Position numbers and translations under genes: made by a program
In this document: piece by piece, positions 1 to 11,564 of the stretch
Layout: every line of letters begins with the position of its first letter
How positions within the stretch are numbered: position 1 is the stretch's first letter
The notes under the pieces: model-generated
Seen by the model: the letters and a program-made list of their open reading frames with translations, nothing else
What the model was told of the DNA's origin: nothing
Databases searched by the model: none
Sequence record: NC_029091.1
Strand: one strand, 5' to 3'
Origin: Escherichia phage APCEc01
Length of the DNA: 64,000 nt

Positions 1-3000
1 CACTAATTGCTCTGAAAGCATTTGCAGACTTGCTAATGAATTCACCATTGGCTGTAACTGAACGACCAAATGTTGCAACACCATTCGCATTTAACGTGCC
101 TGAAGCGTTAACATTTATTGGCATCACAGTACCATTAATGCTAAACGCTATATTCCCATCTTTATTACGTTGAGAATAAAAATGATTAGACGTTTCATCA
201 CCAACTTCAAATACAGTAGAACGTGTTGTATCTGATCCGCCACCAAACTGATTTCCCCAAACTCTGATAGTCATCGTCTGTGCTGGGTTAGTTCCAGTCT
301 GAGGTCCTTTTTCAAAAATCAGTCGAGTAGCTGTTCCCGTATTAGAAATAGTCAGTGTACTATTAGCAGATACCGAACCACCAAACGTAGCAGTACTAGA
401 TGATACAAGAGGGGCACTCAGATTCGTTTGTTGGGTTAAGGTTAGTGAACCATTAACCGTCTGTGCAATGTCCCTACGAATGAACTGAGATGAATCTAGT
501 CCATCTAATAAATTACTATCTACGGCTTTAGCTTTCAATGGCAAATAATTTGCTAATACACGGTTTAATTCATATGGGGATATAGCATAGCTATTTTTTT
601 CATATGATTCTAAAGGTTGTGTTGAACCAACTGTATCATTACCAACGAATGTAATTGAACCAGATGAAGTTTTAACAAATCCACGAATTGCTGTAGTAGC
701 AGCCCATGTTGGTTCATTCTGGACAATCCATTTTAAATTCTTAGGAGATACAGCAGTATTAGCAGAAGTTCCTGTTATAGTTTCAGCCTGAGTAGCAACC
801 TTAATTACGCCTTCAGACGTTTCAGTGGACTTAGTCCCTAAAAGCTTTTTAGGAGTAATAAGAACATCATCTAAAGTTCCTGCATTAGATTCTGCCTGAG
901 TCGCTACGCGAAGTGTACCACGTTGTGTTTCATTTGCTTTAGAAATATCAAGAGTATAATGGTTCCACAAGGTTCCTTCTTCAATAAGTCCAGAATCAGA
1001 ATTAACACTGGTACGGTCAGAAGAATCAAAATGAGTTTTAATTTTCAGTGGAGTCGAGATACGAGTATCATCAGTTCCAGTATCAAATTCAACTTGCGTA
1101 GCAAGTTCGGCTATGCCGGATAATCCTTCCGTAGCTTTCCTATCATTTAACGTCTTAGGCGTTACTGCACGTGTATAATCAGTCCCAGCATTAGTTTCTG
1201 TTTGCGTAGCAATTTCAATTAAACCAATACGTCCATCAGTAGAAGTTTTCTTATGTAGTGTTTCAGGAGTTACTACAGCGTGAGAATAACCTGCTTGTGA
1301 TTGACCAGCAATTACTTCACTATCAACAGCTAAAATTACTGCACCTTGTTGAGCATAAGTTGCTTTATATTGGTCAAGGGCTTTAGGAGAAATAGTTAAA
1401 TTATTTACGGTTTTATTATAAACGTTAGTGCCTGCAGCACCACGAGTTTCAGCAGGAGTAGCAGAAGTAGTTGATACATATTTAACTATACCTGATAGTG
1501 TTTCAGAACCCTGACGTGCCTGCAATTTCTTAGGTGTAATAATCGTTGTGTCATCAAGACCAGCATCGGTTTCAGTCTGAGTAGCAATTTCAGCAAGACC
1601 GCGACGAGTTTCAGTTGCTGTACGCTCATTTAGTTTTTTAGGCGTAACAATAGTATCGTCCACAAATGATGCTGTGGAATTCTGGTTAACTTGTGCTGTT
1701 GTAGCAATTTTAGCGATACCACGTCGAGCTTCAGTTGCTGTACGATTTGCCAACGTTTCAGGAGTAATAGCCACTTCTTTAGCTGGAGTATTCTCTAAAT
1801 CAACATTTGCTTGCGCTTGAGTAGCAAGAGCAATAACACCTAAACGAGCTCGTGTAGCATCAGTTCCAGCATCAACACGTTCTACAGTTGGGACGTTTTG
1901 TTGAACAACCCAATAACGTGTACCAGCAACGGTGTCTTCGATATACGCTAATTCTAATACAGGAACATATGAAGTAGTGCCATTGAATTCTAGTTCAGTA
2001 ACAGAGACCCATTGAGCATCAGGTGGATATTCAGAACGTTTAGGGAACTGAAGCAATGCAACAGAAGAAGCAATTGTATCACCTTCGGCAGCTTTAATTT
2101 TTACTGTTTGGCCTTTACGCATGTAGTTCATTGAAATTTTAACAGTGTCACCACTCAAAATTCCGGAAGGCAGCGTAAGATTAATAGTTCCGGCTGTAGC
2201 GTTATTTGTGCCAAAAATAAGAACTTCTTCATTTGGACGAATATTTGAATCCGCACGGATAATACGAAGACGCGATTTCTGGTCGCCTTCCCATATACGC
2301 CATAAACTATTTGCAGCATCAAAAACAAAAAACGCGTCAGAGTCATTTCTGCCTTCGGCAATATGAGTCCCGACTTCACCAATAGACGTTGTATCATCAA
2401 ATGTTTTAACAATTGTATGATACAGTGGGTTTAATCTATCTAAATCGACTAGGCTGATTATATCACCATTGTTAGCATTACGTGGAAGTGTAATGTTGAT
2501 TGGTGCTGCACTAGTAAAACGACGAACGATAAAATCATTTGCTTGTGCTTGATATGGTGACGCAGGTGTAACAGTGATTGATTCTTTACCATAATCGGTA
2601 ATATACATCTGCCACAAACGATTACTAAACACAAACAATAGTTGTGAACGTGGGCGCGTCATTAAAACTGTACGAACTTGTTCACCTCTAAAGTTTAAAA
2701 TACTCTGCACAGACGCGTTAATCTGTACTTTAACTGTCCCGGTTCTTCCACCAATATCAGCCAAAACAACAGTATCACCATCAACCGGCGCATTTGGCAA
2801 CGTGAAAACCATATCATTGCCGGCACCAGTGTTAACCGAAATCGATTCACCTGAAGAAAGTTGATAAGTCCCAGAAGCGACAGTTATCCATTGTGCATCA
2901 GTACGAACTGCACGCCATTGTAAAAGGTTAAATGCCCCGGAAGGAGACACGATATCATTTATTGCTTGATATAAACGGTTGTCATAAAGAACAACAAATC

Positions 3001-3175
3001 CTTTATTATATCCACGCGTAGAATCATATACTTGAACGGTGTTTTCTTGTACCAGGAAGTCAACGTTTACGCCATCAGTACCTACTGTACGGTCGGCTAA
3101 TGCTACGTTAACAATCTTGTCGCCACCGGCGTCCAGACCGTCTTCGGCTCTGAACTTACGTTTGATGTCGGCCAT
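1..3175 (-). CDS. 34: Long tail fiber proximal subunit gp34, partial (N-terminal about 1058 codons; 3-prime end lies beyond window start)
   Basis: Minus-strand ATG at 3175 gives MADIKRKFRAEDGLDAGGDKI, matching the recalled T4 gp34 N-terminus; open frame runs to the window edge; late promoter just upstream; internal ~35-aa repeats. Confidence 0.85.
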   Translation of the reverse strand, partial: MADIKRKFRAEDGLDAGGDKIVNVALADRTVGTDGVNVDFLVQENTVQVYDSTRGYNKGFVVLYDNRLYQAINDIVSPSGAFNLLQWRAVRTDAQWITVASGTYQLSSGESISVNTGAGNDMVFTLPNAPVDGDTVVLADIGGRTGTVKVQINASVQSILNFRGEQVRTVLMTRPRSQLLFVFSNRLWQMYITDYGKESITVTPASPYQAQANDFIVRRFTSAAPINITLPRNANNGDIISLVDLDRLNPLYHTIVKTFDDTTSIGEVGTHIAEGRNDSDAFFVFDAANSLWRIWEGDQKSRLRIIRADSNIRPNEEVLIFGTNNATAGTINLTLPSGILSGDTVKISMNYMRKGQTVKIKAAEGDTIASSVALLQFPKRSEYPPDAQWVSVTELEFNGTTSYVPVLELAYIEDTVAGTRYWVVQQNVPTVERVDAGTDATRARLGVIALATQAQANVDLENTPAKEVAITPETLANRTATEARRGIAKIATTAQVNQNSTASFVDDTIVTPKKLNERTATETRRGLAEIATQTETDAGLDDTTIITPKKLQARQGSETLSGIVKYVSTTSATPAETRGAAGTNVYNKTVNNLTISPKALDQYKATYAQQGAVILAVDSEVIAGQSQAGYSHAVVTPETLHKKTSTDGRIGLIEIATQTETNAGTDYTRAVTPKTLNDRKATEGLSGIAELATQVEFDTGTDDTRISTPLKIKTHFDSSDRTSVNSDSGLIEEGTLWNHYTLDISKANETQRGTLRVATQAESNAGTLDDVLITPKKLLGTKSTETSEGVIKVATQAETITGTSANTAVSPKNLKWIVQNEPTWAATTAIRGFVKTSSGSITFVGNDTVGSTQPLESYEKNSYAISPYELNRVLANYLPLKAKAVDSNLLDGLDSSQFIRRDIAQTVNGSLTLTQQTNLSAPLVSSSTATFGGSVSANSTLTISNTGTATRLIFEKGPQTGTNPAQTMTIRVWGNQFGGGSDTTRSTVFEVGDETSNHFYSQRNKDGNIAFSINGTVMPINVNASGTLNANGVATFGRSVTANGEFISKSANAFRAIS
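829..1900 (-). repeat. Degenerate tandem ~105-nt repeats inside gene 34 encoding a ~35-aa motif (ATExRRG-x-IATQ...DDTTI-TPKKL)
   Basis: Repeated DNA blocks of form gcaatttcagcaagaccgcgacgagtttcagttgctgtacg; minus-strand translation gives repeated TPKKLNERTATETRRGLAEIATQTETDAGLDDTTII-like units. Confidence 0.6.
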
Positions 3176-3205
3176 TCGTTTTTCCTTTATTGTTTCAATA
3201 ATACT

Positions 3206-3213
3206 TATTTATA
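3206..3213 (-). promoter_or_regulatory. T4-type late promoter (TATAAATA) for gene 34
   Basis: Plus-strand tatttata = TATAAATA on minus, about 31 nt upstream of the gene 34 ATG. Confidence 0.7.
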
Positions 3214-3216
3214 CCA

Positions 3217-3246
3217 GTTTACGCTTTCAAATGAGTGTGTTACTAT
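3217..3246 (+). promoter_or_regulatory. Sigma70-type early promoter upstream of rnh
   Basis: GTTTAC, 18 nt, TGtTACTAT; same consensus recurs at 10 other sites in the window. Confidence 0.6.
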
Positions 3247-3278
3247 AGACAAGTTGACTAACTGAACAAGAGGTTCAT

Positions 3279-4196
3279 ATGGATTTAGAAATGATGTTGG
3301 ATGAAGATTACAAAGAAGGTATTGCACTTGCCGACTTTAGTAACATTGCATTGGCAGCCGCATTAAACAACTTTGAAGACGGCGATAAAATTACTGTTCC
3401 GATGGTTCGCCATGTAATCTTGAATTCAATTCGTAAAAACGTAGTGATGTTCCGTAAGCAAGGCTATACAAAATTTGTATTGTGTATGGATAATGCTACT
3501 TCAGGTTATTGGCGTCGTGACTTTGCTTACTATTACAAGAAAAATCGTAAAACCGATCGTGAAGCTTCAAAGTGGGATTGGGAAGGATATTTTACTGCAC
3601 TCCATCAAGTTGTTGATGAGATTAAGAAATACATGCCATACGTTGTAATGGATATTGACAAGTATGAAGCGGATGACCATATCGGTGTATTAACTAAATA
3701 TTTGTCATTAGCCGGTCATAAGGTATGTATTGTTGCATCAGATGGTGACTTTACACAATTACACAAATATCCTAACGTTAAACAGTGGTCGCCACCACAG
3801 AAAAAATGGGTTAAAATTAAGAACGGTTCTGCTGAAATTGATTGCATGACTAAAATCCTTAAAGGTGACCGTAAGGATGGTGTTGCATCTGTTCGAGTTC
3901 GTGGTGACTTCTGGTTTACTCGAGTTGAAGGTGAACGAACTCCGAGCATGAAAACAACGATTATTGAAGCAATTGCCAATGACCGTTCTCAAGCTGAAGT
4001 ATTATTAAGTGCAGAAGAATATAAACGGTATCAAGAAAATTTGGTTCTCATTGATTTTGATTATATCCCTGATAATATTGCTTCAACCATTATAGAGTAT
4101 TATAACTCATATAAACCACAACCTAAAGGCAAGATTTATTCATACTTTGTAAAATCTGGTCTTTCTAAATTAACAAGTGTAATTAATGAATTCTGA
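3279..4196 (+). CDS. rnh: RNase H (5-prime to 3-prime exonuclease/flap endonuclease)
   Basis: 305 aa, same length and genomic position as T4 rnh; RBS agagg. Confidence 0.85.
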   Translation: MDLEMMLDEDYKEGIALADFSNIALAAALNNFEDGDKITVPMVRHVILNSIRKNVVMFRKQGYTKFVLCMDNATSGYWRRDFAYYYKKNRKTDREASKWDWEGYFTALHQVVDEIKKYMPYVVMDIDKYEADDHIGVLTKYLSLAGHKVCIVASDGDFTQLHKYPNVKQWSPPQKKWVKIKNGSAEIDCMTKILKGDRKDGVASVRVRGDFWFTRVEGERTPSMKTTIIEAIANDRSQAEVLLSAEEYKRYQENLVLIDFDYIPDNIASTIIEYYNSYKPQPKGKIYSYFVKSGLSKLTSVINEF

Positions 4197-4203
4197 GGTA
4201 AAC

Positions 4204-4473
4204 ATGGCTAAGAAAGAAGCAGTTGAATTTAATCAAGATGTGCATGGTGAAGAACTGGCTAAACTAGTCAAGGAAGCTTCCGATAACAAACTTAAAATTT
4301 CTGGTTATAATGAACTGATTAAAGACATTCGTACTCGTGCTAAAGAAGAGCTTGGTGTCGATGGAAAAATGTTTAATCGTTTGTTAGCTCTTTATCATAA
4401 AGACGCTCGTGATCAATTTGAAGCTGAAAACGAAGAGGTAGTCGAGCTTTATGACACAGTTTTCACTAAGTGA
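4204..4473 (+). CDS. dsbA: dsDNA-binding protein DsbA (late transcription enhancer)
   Basis: 89 aa from internal ATG with RBS gaggta; position between rnh and gene 33 as in T4. Confidence 0.7.
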   Translation: MAKKEAVEFNQDVHGEELAKLVKEASDNKLKISGYNELIKDIRTRAKEELGVDGKMFNRLLALYHKDARDQFEAENEEVVELYDTVFTK

Positions 4474-4789
4474 TATTAAACCGGTTGATGAGGCCGGTTT
4501 ATCTGAACAAGAATTAGCAGTAAAACACGATAAAGATGATATCGCTAAATTGCTTGACCGGCAAGAAAACGGATTCATTATCGAATCCATGGTTGAACAA
4601 TTTGGTATGTCTTATTTAGAAGCAACAACTGCTTTCTTGGAAGAAAATTCTATTCCAGAAACACAATTTGCTAAATTTATTCCTACAGGAATTGTTGAAA
4701 AAATTACAAGCGAAGCAATTGACGAAAACATGCTTCGCCCATCAGTTGCTCGTGGCGAAAAAACTAATACGTTAGATTTCTTATTATGA
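4451..4789 (+). CDS. 33: Late transcription accessory factor gp33
   Basis: 112 aa, MTQFSLSDIKPVDE... matches recalled T4 gp33; synteny. Confidence 0.85.
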   Translation: MTQFSLSDIKPVDEAGLSEQELAVKHDKDDIAKLLDRQENGFIIESMVEQFGMSYLEATTAFLEENSIPETQFAKFIPTGIVEKITSEAIDENMLRPSVARGEKTNTLDFLL

Positions 4790-5439
4790 TTAAAATACGC
4801 ATGCCTCCTGATGGAGAACGTTATATTAACGGAAAATCGGTATACAAACTATACTTGATGTGCAAACAACATTTTAATGGTCGGTATGACGTAATCAAAT
4901 ATAACTGGTGCATGCGTGTTTCGGATAATGCGTATCAAAAACGCCGAGATAAATATTTCTTTGAAAAACTAGCAGAGAAATATAAATTGAAGGAACTCAC
5001 CTTGATATTCATAAGCAACTTAGTTGCTAACCAAGACGCATGGATTGGTGAGATATCAGACGCTGATGCATTAGTTTTCTATAGGGAATATATTGGACGT
5101 CTCAAACAAGCCAAGGAGACGTTTGCTGAAGACGTACGTAACATCTACTATTTCAGTAAGAAAGTTGAAGTTAGTGCGCTTCAAGAGATATTTGATTATA
5201 ATAACAACGTTCAGTCGAGCTACATATTTAAATTGCTACAAAGCAATATAATTTCATTTGAAACTTTCTTATTGTTGGACTCGTTTTTGAATATTATAGA
5301 TAAGCACGACGAACTCACCGATAACTTAGTCTGGCAAAATTATTCTACCAAATTAAAGGCATATCGAAAAATACTTCAAATCGATGGAAATGTTGCTAAG
5401 AAATTGTTCATAGAAACAATCAAATCATGTAAGTATTAA
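4786..5439 (+). CDS. 59: Helicase loader gp59
   Basis: 217 aa, MIKIRMPPDGERYINGKSVYKLYLM... matches recalled T4 gp59; synteny. Confidence 0.85.
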   Translation: MIKIRMPPDGERYINGKSVYKLYLMCKQHFNGRYDVIKYNWCMRVSDNAYQKRRDKYFFEKLAEKYKLKELTLIFISNLVANQDAWIGEISDADALVFYREYIGRLKQAKETFAEDVRNIYYFSKKVEVSALQEIFDYNNNVQSSYIFKLLQSNIISFETFLLLDSFLNIIDKHDELTDNLVWQNYSTKLKAYRKILQIDGNVAKKLFIETIKSCKY

Positions 5440-5468
5440 GCTTTATTTCTTGTGTGTTAAAATTACTT

Positions 5469-5476
5469 TATAAATA
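5469..5476 (+). promoter_or_regulatory. T4-type late promoter (TATAAATA) upstream of gene 32
   Basis: Exact TATAAATA on plus strand, 82 nt upstream of the gene 32 ATG. Confidence 0.55.
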
Positions 5477-5486
5477 AATCATACCA

Positions 5487-5557
5487 GCTACGAGGTATAA
5501 GTGTCGTAGCAACCAACTGTAAATAAATTAAATAATCTAAATAAAAGGTAATAATCC
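5487..5557 (+). promoter_or_regulatory. Gene 32 mRNA leader / translational operator (hairpin followed by A/U-rich unstructured tract)
   Basis: 7-bp stem gctacga/tcgtagc (5487-5510) followed by taaataaattaaataatctaaataaaaggtaataatcc directly before the ATG; consistent with the known gp32 autoregulatory leader. Confidence 0.55.
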
Positions 5558-6460
5558 ATGTTTAAACGTAAATCTACTGCTGACCTCGCTGCTCAAATGG
5601 CTAAACTGAATGGTAACAAAGGTTTCTCTTCAGAAGATAAAGGCGAATGGAAGCTGAAGCTAGATGCATCCGGTAATGGTCAAGCGGTAATTCGTTTCTT
5701 GCCAGCAAAAACTGATGATGCACTACCATTTGCAATTCTTGTTAACCACGGTTTCAAGAAAAATGGTAAATGGTATATTGAAAATTGCTCTTCTACACAT
5801 GGTGATTATGACTCTTGTCCTGTATGTCAGTACATTAGTAAAAATGACCTGTACAATACCAACAAAAATGAATATTCTCAACTGAAACGTAAAACTTCTT
5901 ATTGGGCTAATATTCTGGTTGTTAAAGACCCTCAAGCTCCAGATAACGAAGGTAAAGTATTTAAATATCGTTTCGGTAAAAAGATTTGGGACAAAATCAA
6001 TGCAATGATTGCTGTTGATACCGAAATGGGTGAAACTCCAGTTGATGTTACTTGTCCGTTTGAAGGTGCCAACTTCGTTCTGAAAGCTAAGCAGGTTTCC
6101 GGTTTTAGCAACTATGACGAATCTAAATTCTTGGGTCAATCTGAAATTCCTCGTATTAATGATGAAGCATTCCAGAAAGAACTATATGACCAGATGGTAG
6201 ACCTTACTACTTTGACGGCTAAAGACCAGTTCAAATCCTTTGAAAAATTAAATGAATCTTTCGCTAAGGTTCTTGGTACTGCCGCTCTTGGTGGTGCAGC
6301 AGCCGCAGCAGCTTCTGTTGCAGATAAAGTTGCTTCTGACCTTGACGATTTTGATAAAGACATGGAAGCCTTTAGTTCTGCAAAAACTGAAGATGACTTC
6401 ATGAGCTCTACCTCATCCTCTGATGATGGCGACCTCGATGACCTGTTAGCTGGTTTATAA
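5558..6460 (+). CDS. 32: Single-stranded DNA-binding protein gp32
   Basis: 300 aa; [36 protein letters not shown]... and acidic C-terminus match recalled T4 gp32. Confidence 0.95.
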   Translation: MFKRKSTADLAAQMAKLNGNKGFSSEDKGEWKLKLDASGNGQAVIRFLPAKTDDALPFAILVNHGFKKNGKWYIENCSSTHGDYDSCPVCQYISKNDLYNTNKNEYSQLKRKTSYWANILVVKDPQAPDNEGKVFKYRFGKKIWDKINAMIAVDTEMGETPVDVTCPFEGANFVLKAKQVSGFSNYDESKFLGQSEIPRINDEAFQKELYDQMVDLTTLTAKDQFKSFEKLNESFAKVLGTAALGGAAAAAASVADKVASDLDDFDKDMEAFSSAKTEDDFMSSTSSSDDGDLDDLLAGL

Positions 6461-6466
6461 TAAATT

Positions 6467-6488
6467 GGGAGACTTCGGTCTCCCTTTT
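6467..6488 (+). terminator. Rho-independent terminator after gene 32
   Basis: gggagac ttcg gtctccc followed by tttt. Confidence 0.8.
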
Positions 6489-6515
6489 GAGTATCTGTAA
6501 ATTGCCGAAAAAGTT

Positions 6516-6544
6516 GTTTACTTCTTCCCTGGATGTGTTAGTAT
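6516..6544 (+). promoter_or_regulatory. Sigma70-type early promoter
   Basis: GTTTAC, 17 nt, TGtTAGTAT; followed by conserved leader ending caacaacatgaggaaa before the ATG. Confidence 0.6.
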
Positions 6545-6573
6545 AGACCTATCAACAACATGAGGAAATCAAA

Positions 6574-6966
6574 ATGGAAATCGGAAAATCTTATATCATT
6601 AACCCTTTATTTAAAGATGACTTTGTTCAAGAAGCACCACACAATAATGCTAAGATGTTAAAATTGATTGAACTCCACGGGCCTAGTTTTGTTGTAAACG
6701 GAATGGAACCTGATTATGATAGCGATACGTCAAACGTAGTAAGTGTAACTATGGAAGATGGTACTGTATGTTCTGCCGGTGGTGAAATTGAAACTTATTT
6801 TGAGATTTATCCTGACGAGTTCAAATACTTTACTGAGGTAGATATAGTAAAGCCTCAACCTACTAACGAAGGTATAGCTTTAGGTGTAACAAAAATCCAT
6901 TGTATCGTAGATGAAACCAACGTCGACGAAATCATCGAACTTTTGCAAAAAACTTTTAAAAAGTAG
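6574..6966 (+). CDS. Hypothetical early protein (frd.3-position ORF)
   Basis: 130-aa ORF with RBS gagga, own early promoter; no recognisable motif. Confidence 0.5.
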   Translation: MEIGKSYIINPLFKDDFVQEAPHNNAKMLKLIELHGPSFVVNGMEPDYDSDTSNVVSVTMEDGTVCSAGGEIETYFEIYPDEFKYFTEVDIVKPQPTNEGIALGVTKIHCIVDETNVDEIIELLQKTFKK

Positions 6967-6995
6967 TGTACAATCAGATAGGGTTATGTTATAGT
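6966..6995 (+). promoter_or_regulatory. Sigma70-type early promoter
   Basis: GTGTAC, 18 nt, TGtTATAGT. Confidence 0.45.
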
Positions 6996-7028
6996 AGCCC
7001 TATCAAATCAAAAGTGAAGGAGAATAAA

Positions 7029-7277
7029 ATGAGATTGCAACGTCAGAGCATCAAAGATTCTGAAGTTAGAGGTAAATGGTACTTCAACATCGTTGGTAAA
7101 GATGCTGAACTCCTTGAACAAGCTGAAGAAGCTTTACGCGAAATGGGTTGGAACGAAGAATGTGATGGATGTCCACTCTACGAAGATGGTGAAAGTGCAG
7201 GATTCTGGATTTGCCACTCTGATGTTGAAATGTTCAAAGCCGATTGGAAAGTTGTTAAGAAAAATCTGAGGAAATAA
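7029..7277 (+). CDS. Hypothetical early protein
   Basis: 82 aa from ATG with strong RBS gaaggag; the longer track ORF starts at a GTG inside the promoter. Confidence 0.45.
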   Translation: MRLQRQSIKDSEVRGKWYFNIVGKDAELLEQAEEALREMGWNEECDGCPLYEDGESAGFWICHSDVEMFKADWKVVKKNLRK

Positions 7278-7279
7278 TT

Positions 7280-8965
<1,686 letters not shown>

Positions 8966-8966
8966 A

Positions 8967-9221
8967 ATGATTTTACGTTTTATTAATTCATATGGCACCA
9001 CAATTTTTGAAATGAAAAATCCAAGTGAACTGGATATCCCTTCACCGAATAGTGAAATCACAGTTAAAGGTGAACGATTCATTTGTTATTCACATGAACG
9101 AATTTATGAATATCGTGAATTCTGTGGTGGATTCGGTATAGAAAAAGAACCGTTGGTTTATTTCAATATCACAGTCTTGACACCTAAAGAATACGAAGAA
9201 ATTATTGCTGAGGATAATTAA
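8967..9221 (+). CDS. Hypothetical protein
   Basis: 84-aa ORF starting immediately after the td stop. Confidence 0.4.
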   Translation: MILRFINSYGTTIFEMKNPSELDIPSPNSEITVKGERFICYSHERIYEYREFCGGFGIEKEPLVYFNITVLTPKEYEEIIAEDN

Positions 9222-9245
9222 CGCTTCAGTTTAAAAGTGTATAAT
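9221..9245 (+). promoter_or_regulatory. Possible MotA-dependent middle promoter for nrdA
   Basis: acGCTTcA box about 11 nt upstream of TATAAT; imperfect MotA box. Confidence 0.35.
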
Positions 9246-9250
9246 AAATT

Positions 9251-9273
9251 AACGGGATAAATACTATCCCGTT
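9251..9273 (+). other. Stem-loop in nrdA leader (9-bp stem aacgggata/tatcccgtt)
   Basis: Perfect inverted repeat with 5-nt loop, no U tract. Confidence 0.4.
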
Positions 9274-9308
9274 TGGAGTAATGTCTATCAACCTATACTG
9301 AGGAATAT

Positions 9309-11564
9309 ATGCAAGTAACTAAGAGCAGTGGTGTATCCCAAAATTTTGATGCACAGAAAATTATTCAAGTCTTAACTTGGCAATGTGAAGGAACACAAAT
9401 TGACCCATATGAATTGTACGAAGAAATTAAGACCCATCTTGTCGACGGGATGAGCACCAAAGATATCCAGAAGATTTGTATTAAAGTTGCAGCTAACTCG
9501 ATTTCTGTCGAAGAACCTGATTATCAGTATGTCGCCGCCAAAGGGCTAATGTTTGCACTTCGTAAAGATGTATATGGGCAGTTTGAACCGCCTGCTTTTA
9601 TCGACCATATTTCTTACTGTGTTAATGAAGGCAAATATGACCCTGAGCTGTTGTCTCAATATTCAGCAGAAGAAATCATTTATCTCGATTCACAGATTAA
9701 ACATGAACGAGACTTTGACCTGACTTATGCTGGTGCTATGCAGCTTAAAGAAAAATATCTAGTTAAAGATAAAACAACTGGGAAGATTTATGAAACTCCA
9801 CAGTTTGCTATCATGGCTATTGGCATGGCCTTACACCAAGACGAAACTCATGACCGTTTGAAACATATTATTCGTTTTTATGATGCCGTTTCTACTCATC
9901 AAGTTTCATTGCCAACCCCAATTATGGCAGGTGCTCGTACTCCGACTCGCCAGTTCTCTAGTTGTGTAGTTATTGAAGCCGGTGATTCGTTAAAATCTAT
10001 TAACAAAACTTCAGCATCAATTATTGAATATATTTCTAAACGAGCTGGTATCGGTATCAACGTTGGTATGCTTCGTGCAGAAGGTTCTAAGATCGGTATG
10101 GGTGAAGTTCGACATACGGGTGTTATTCCATTCTGGAAACATTTCCAAACTGCAGTAAAATCTTGTTCTCAAGGTGGTATTCGTGGTGGTGCTGCTACAG
10201 CGTATTATCCGATGTGGCACTTAGAAGTAGAGAACCTATTAGTTCTGAAAAATAACAAAGGCGTGGATGAAAACCGTATTCGACATATGGACTACGGAAT
10301 TCAGATTAATGACCTTATGATGGAACGCCTTGGTAAAAATGATTATATTACTTTATTTAGCCCTCACGAAATGTCAGGCGAACTATACTACTCGTTCTTT
10401 GAAGATCAAGATAAATTCCGTGAGCTTTATGAGAAAGCTGAAAAAGACCCAACAATCAGAAAGAAAAGAATCAAAGCACTAGAACTCTTTGAATTGTTCA
10501 TGACTGAACGTTCTGGCACCGCTCGAATTTATCCGCAATTCGTTGATAACACGAACAACTACACTCCATTTATTCGTGAAAAAGCTCCAATTCGTCAGAG
10601 TAACTTATGTTGTGAAATCGCTATTCCAACTAATGATGTGAATGGTCCTGATGCTGAAATTGGTTTATGCACATTATCTGCTTTTGTATTAGATAAATTT
10701 GATTGGCAAGACCAAGATAAAATTAATGAACTTGCTGAAGTACAAGTACGTGCACTTGATAACCTGCTAGACTATCAAGATTATCCGGTTCCGGAAGCTT
10801 TAAAAGCTAAAAAGCGTCGAAACCTCGGTGTTGGTGTGACGAACTATGCAGCATGGTTAGCTTCTAACTTTGCTTCATATGAAGACGCTAACGATTTGAC
10901 TCATGAATTGTTTGAGAGATTGCAATATGGCCTTATCAAAGCATCAATCAAACTCGCCAAAGAAAAAGGATGTTGCGAGTATTATTCAGACACTAAATGG
11001 TCTAGAGGCGAATTACCTATCGACTGGTACAATAAAAAGATTGACCAAATCGCAGCCCCGAACTACGTCTGTGACTGGGAAGAACTTCGAGCTGAACTCA
11101 AAGAACATGGAATTCGTAACTCAACGTTGTCTGCACTCATGCCTTGTGAGTCAAGCAGTCAAGTATCAAACTCTACAAACGGGATTGAGCCACCACGTGG
11201 TCCAGTAAGTATTAAAGAATCTAAAGAAGGCAACTTCCGACAGGTTGTTCCTAATATCGAACATAACATGAGTCTTTACGACTATGCGTGGAAACTTGCT
11301 AAGAAAGGTAATAAACCTTATTTGACCCAAGTTGCTATCATGTTGAAATGGGTGTGCCAATCTGCTTCTGCTAATACTTACTATGACCCTGCAGTATTTG
11401 AGAAAGGTAAAGTGCCAATGTCAGTAATGCTTGACGATCTGCTTTACTTCTGGTACTTTGGCGGAAAAAACCTCTACTATCATAACACTCGTGATGGGTC
11501 TGGTACAGACGACTATGAATTAGAAACACCTAAAGCAGAAGATTGTTCTGCTTGTAAGCTTTAA
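9309..11564 (+). CDS. nrdA: Aerobic ribonucleotide reductase large subunit
   Basis: 751 aa; class I RNR alpha signature, C-terminal CxxC (DCSACKL); synteny. Confidence 0.95.
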   Translation: MQVTKSSGVSQNFDAQKIIQVLTWQCEGTQIDPYELYEEIKTHLVDGMSTKDIQKICIKVAANSISVEEPDYQYVAAKGLMFALRKDVYGQFEPPAFIDHISYCVNEGKYDPELLSQYSAEEIIYLDSQIKHERDFDLTYAGAMQLKEKYLVKDKTTGKIYETPQFAIMAIGMALHQDETHDRLKHIIRFYDAVSTHQVSLPTPIMAGARTPTRQFSSCVVIEAGDSLKSINKTSASIIEYISKRAGIGINVGMLRAEGSKIGMGEVRHTGVIPFWKHFQTAVKSCSQGGIRGGAATAYYPMWHLEVENLLVLKNNKGVDENRIRHMDYGIQINDLMMERLGKNDYITLFSPHEMSGELYYSFFEDQDKFRELYEKAEKDPTIRKKRIKALELFELFMTERSGTARIYPQFVDNTNNYTPFIREKAPIRQSNLCCEIAIPTNDVNGPDAEIGLCTLSAFVLDKFDWQDQDKINELAEVQVRALDNLLDYQDYPVPEALKAKKRRNLGVGVTNYAAWLASNFASYEDANDLTHELFERLQYGLIKASIKLAKEKGCCEYYSDTKWSRGELPIDWYNKKIDQIAAPNYVCDWEELRAELKEHGIRNSTLSALMPCESSSQVSNSTNGIEPPRGPVSIKESKEGNFRQVVPNIEHNMSLYDYAWKLAKKGNKPYLTQVAIMLKWVCQSASANTYYDPAVFEKGKVPMSVMLDDLLYFWYFGGKNLYYHNTRDGSGTDDYELETPKAEDCSACKL

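Noticed and set aside
5723-6139. 138-aa minus-strand ORF inside gene 32
   Set aside because: Entirely antisense to the well-supported gene 32 coding sequence; no RBS or promoter; judged spurious
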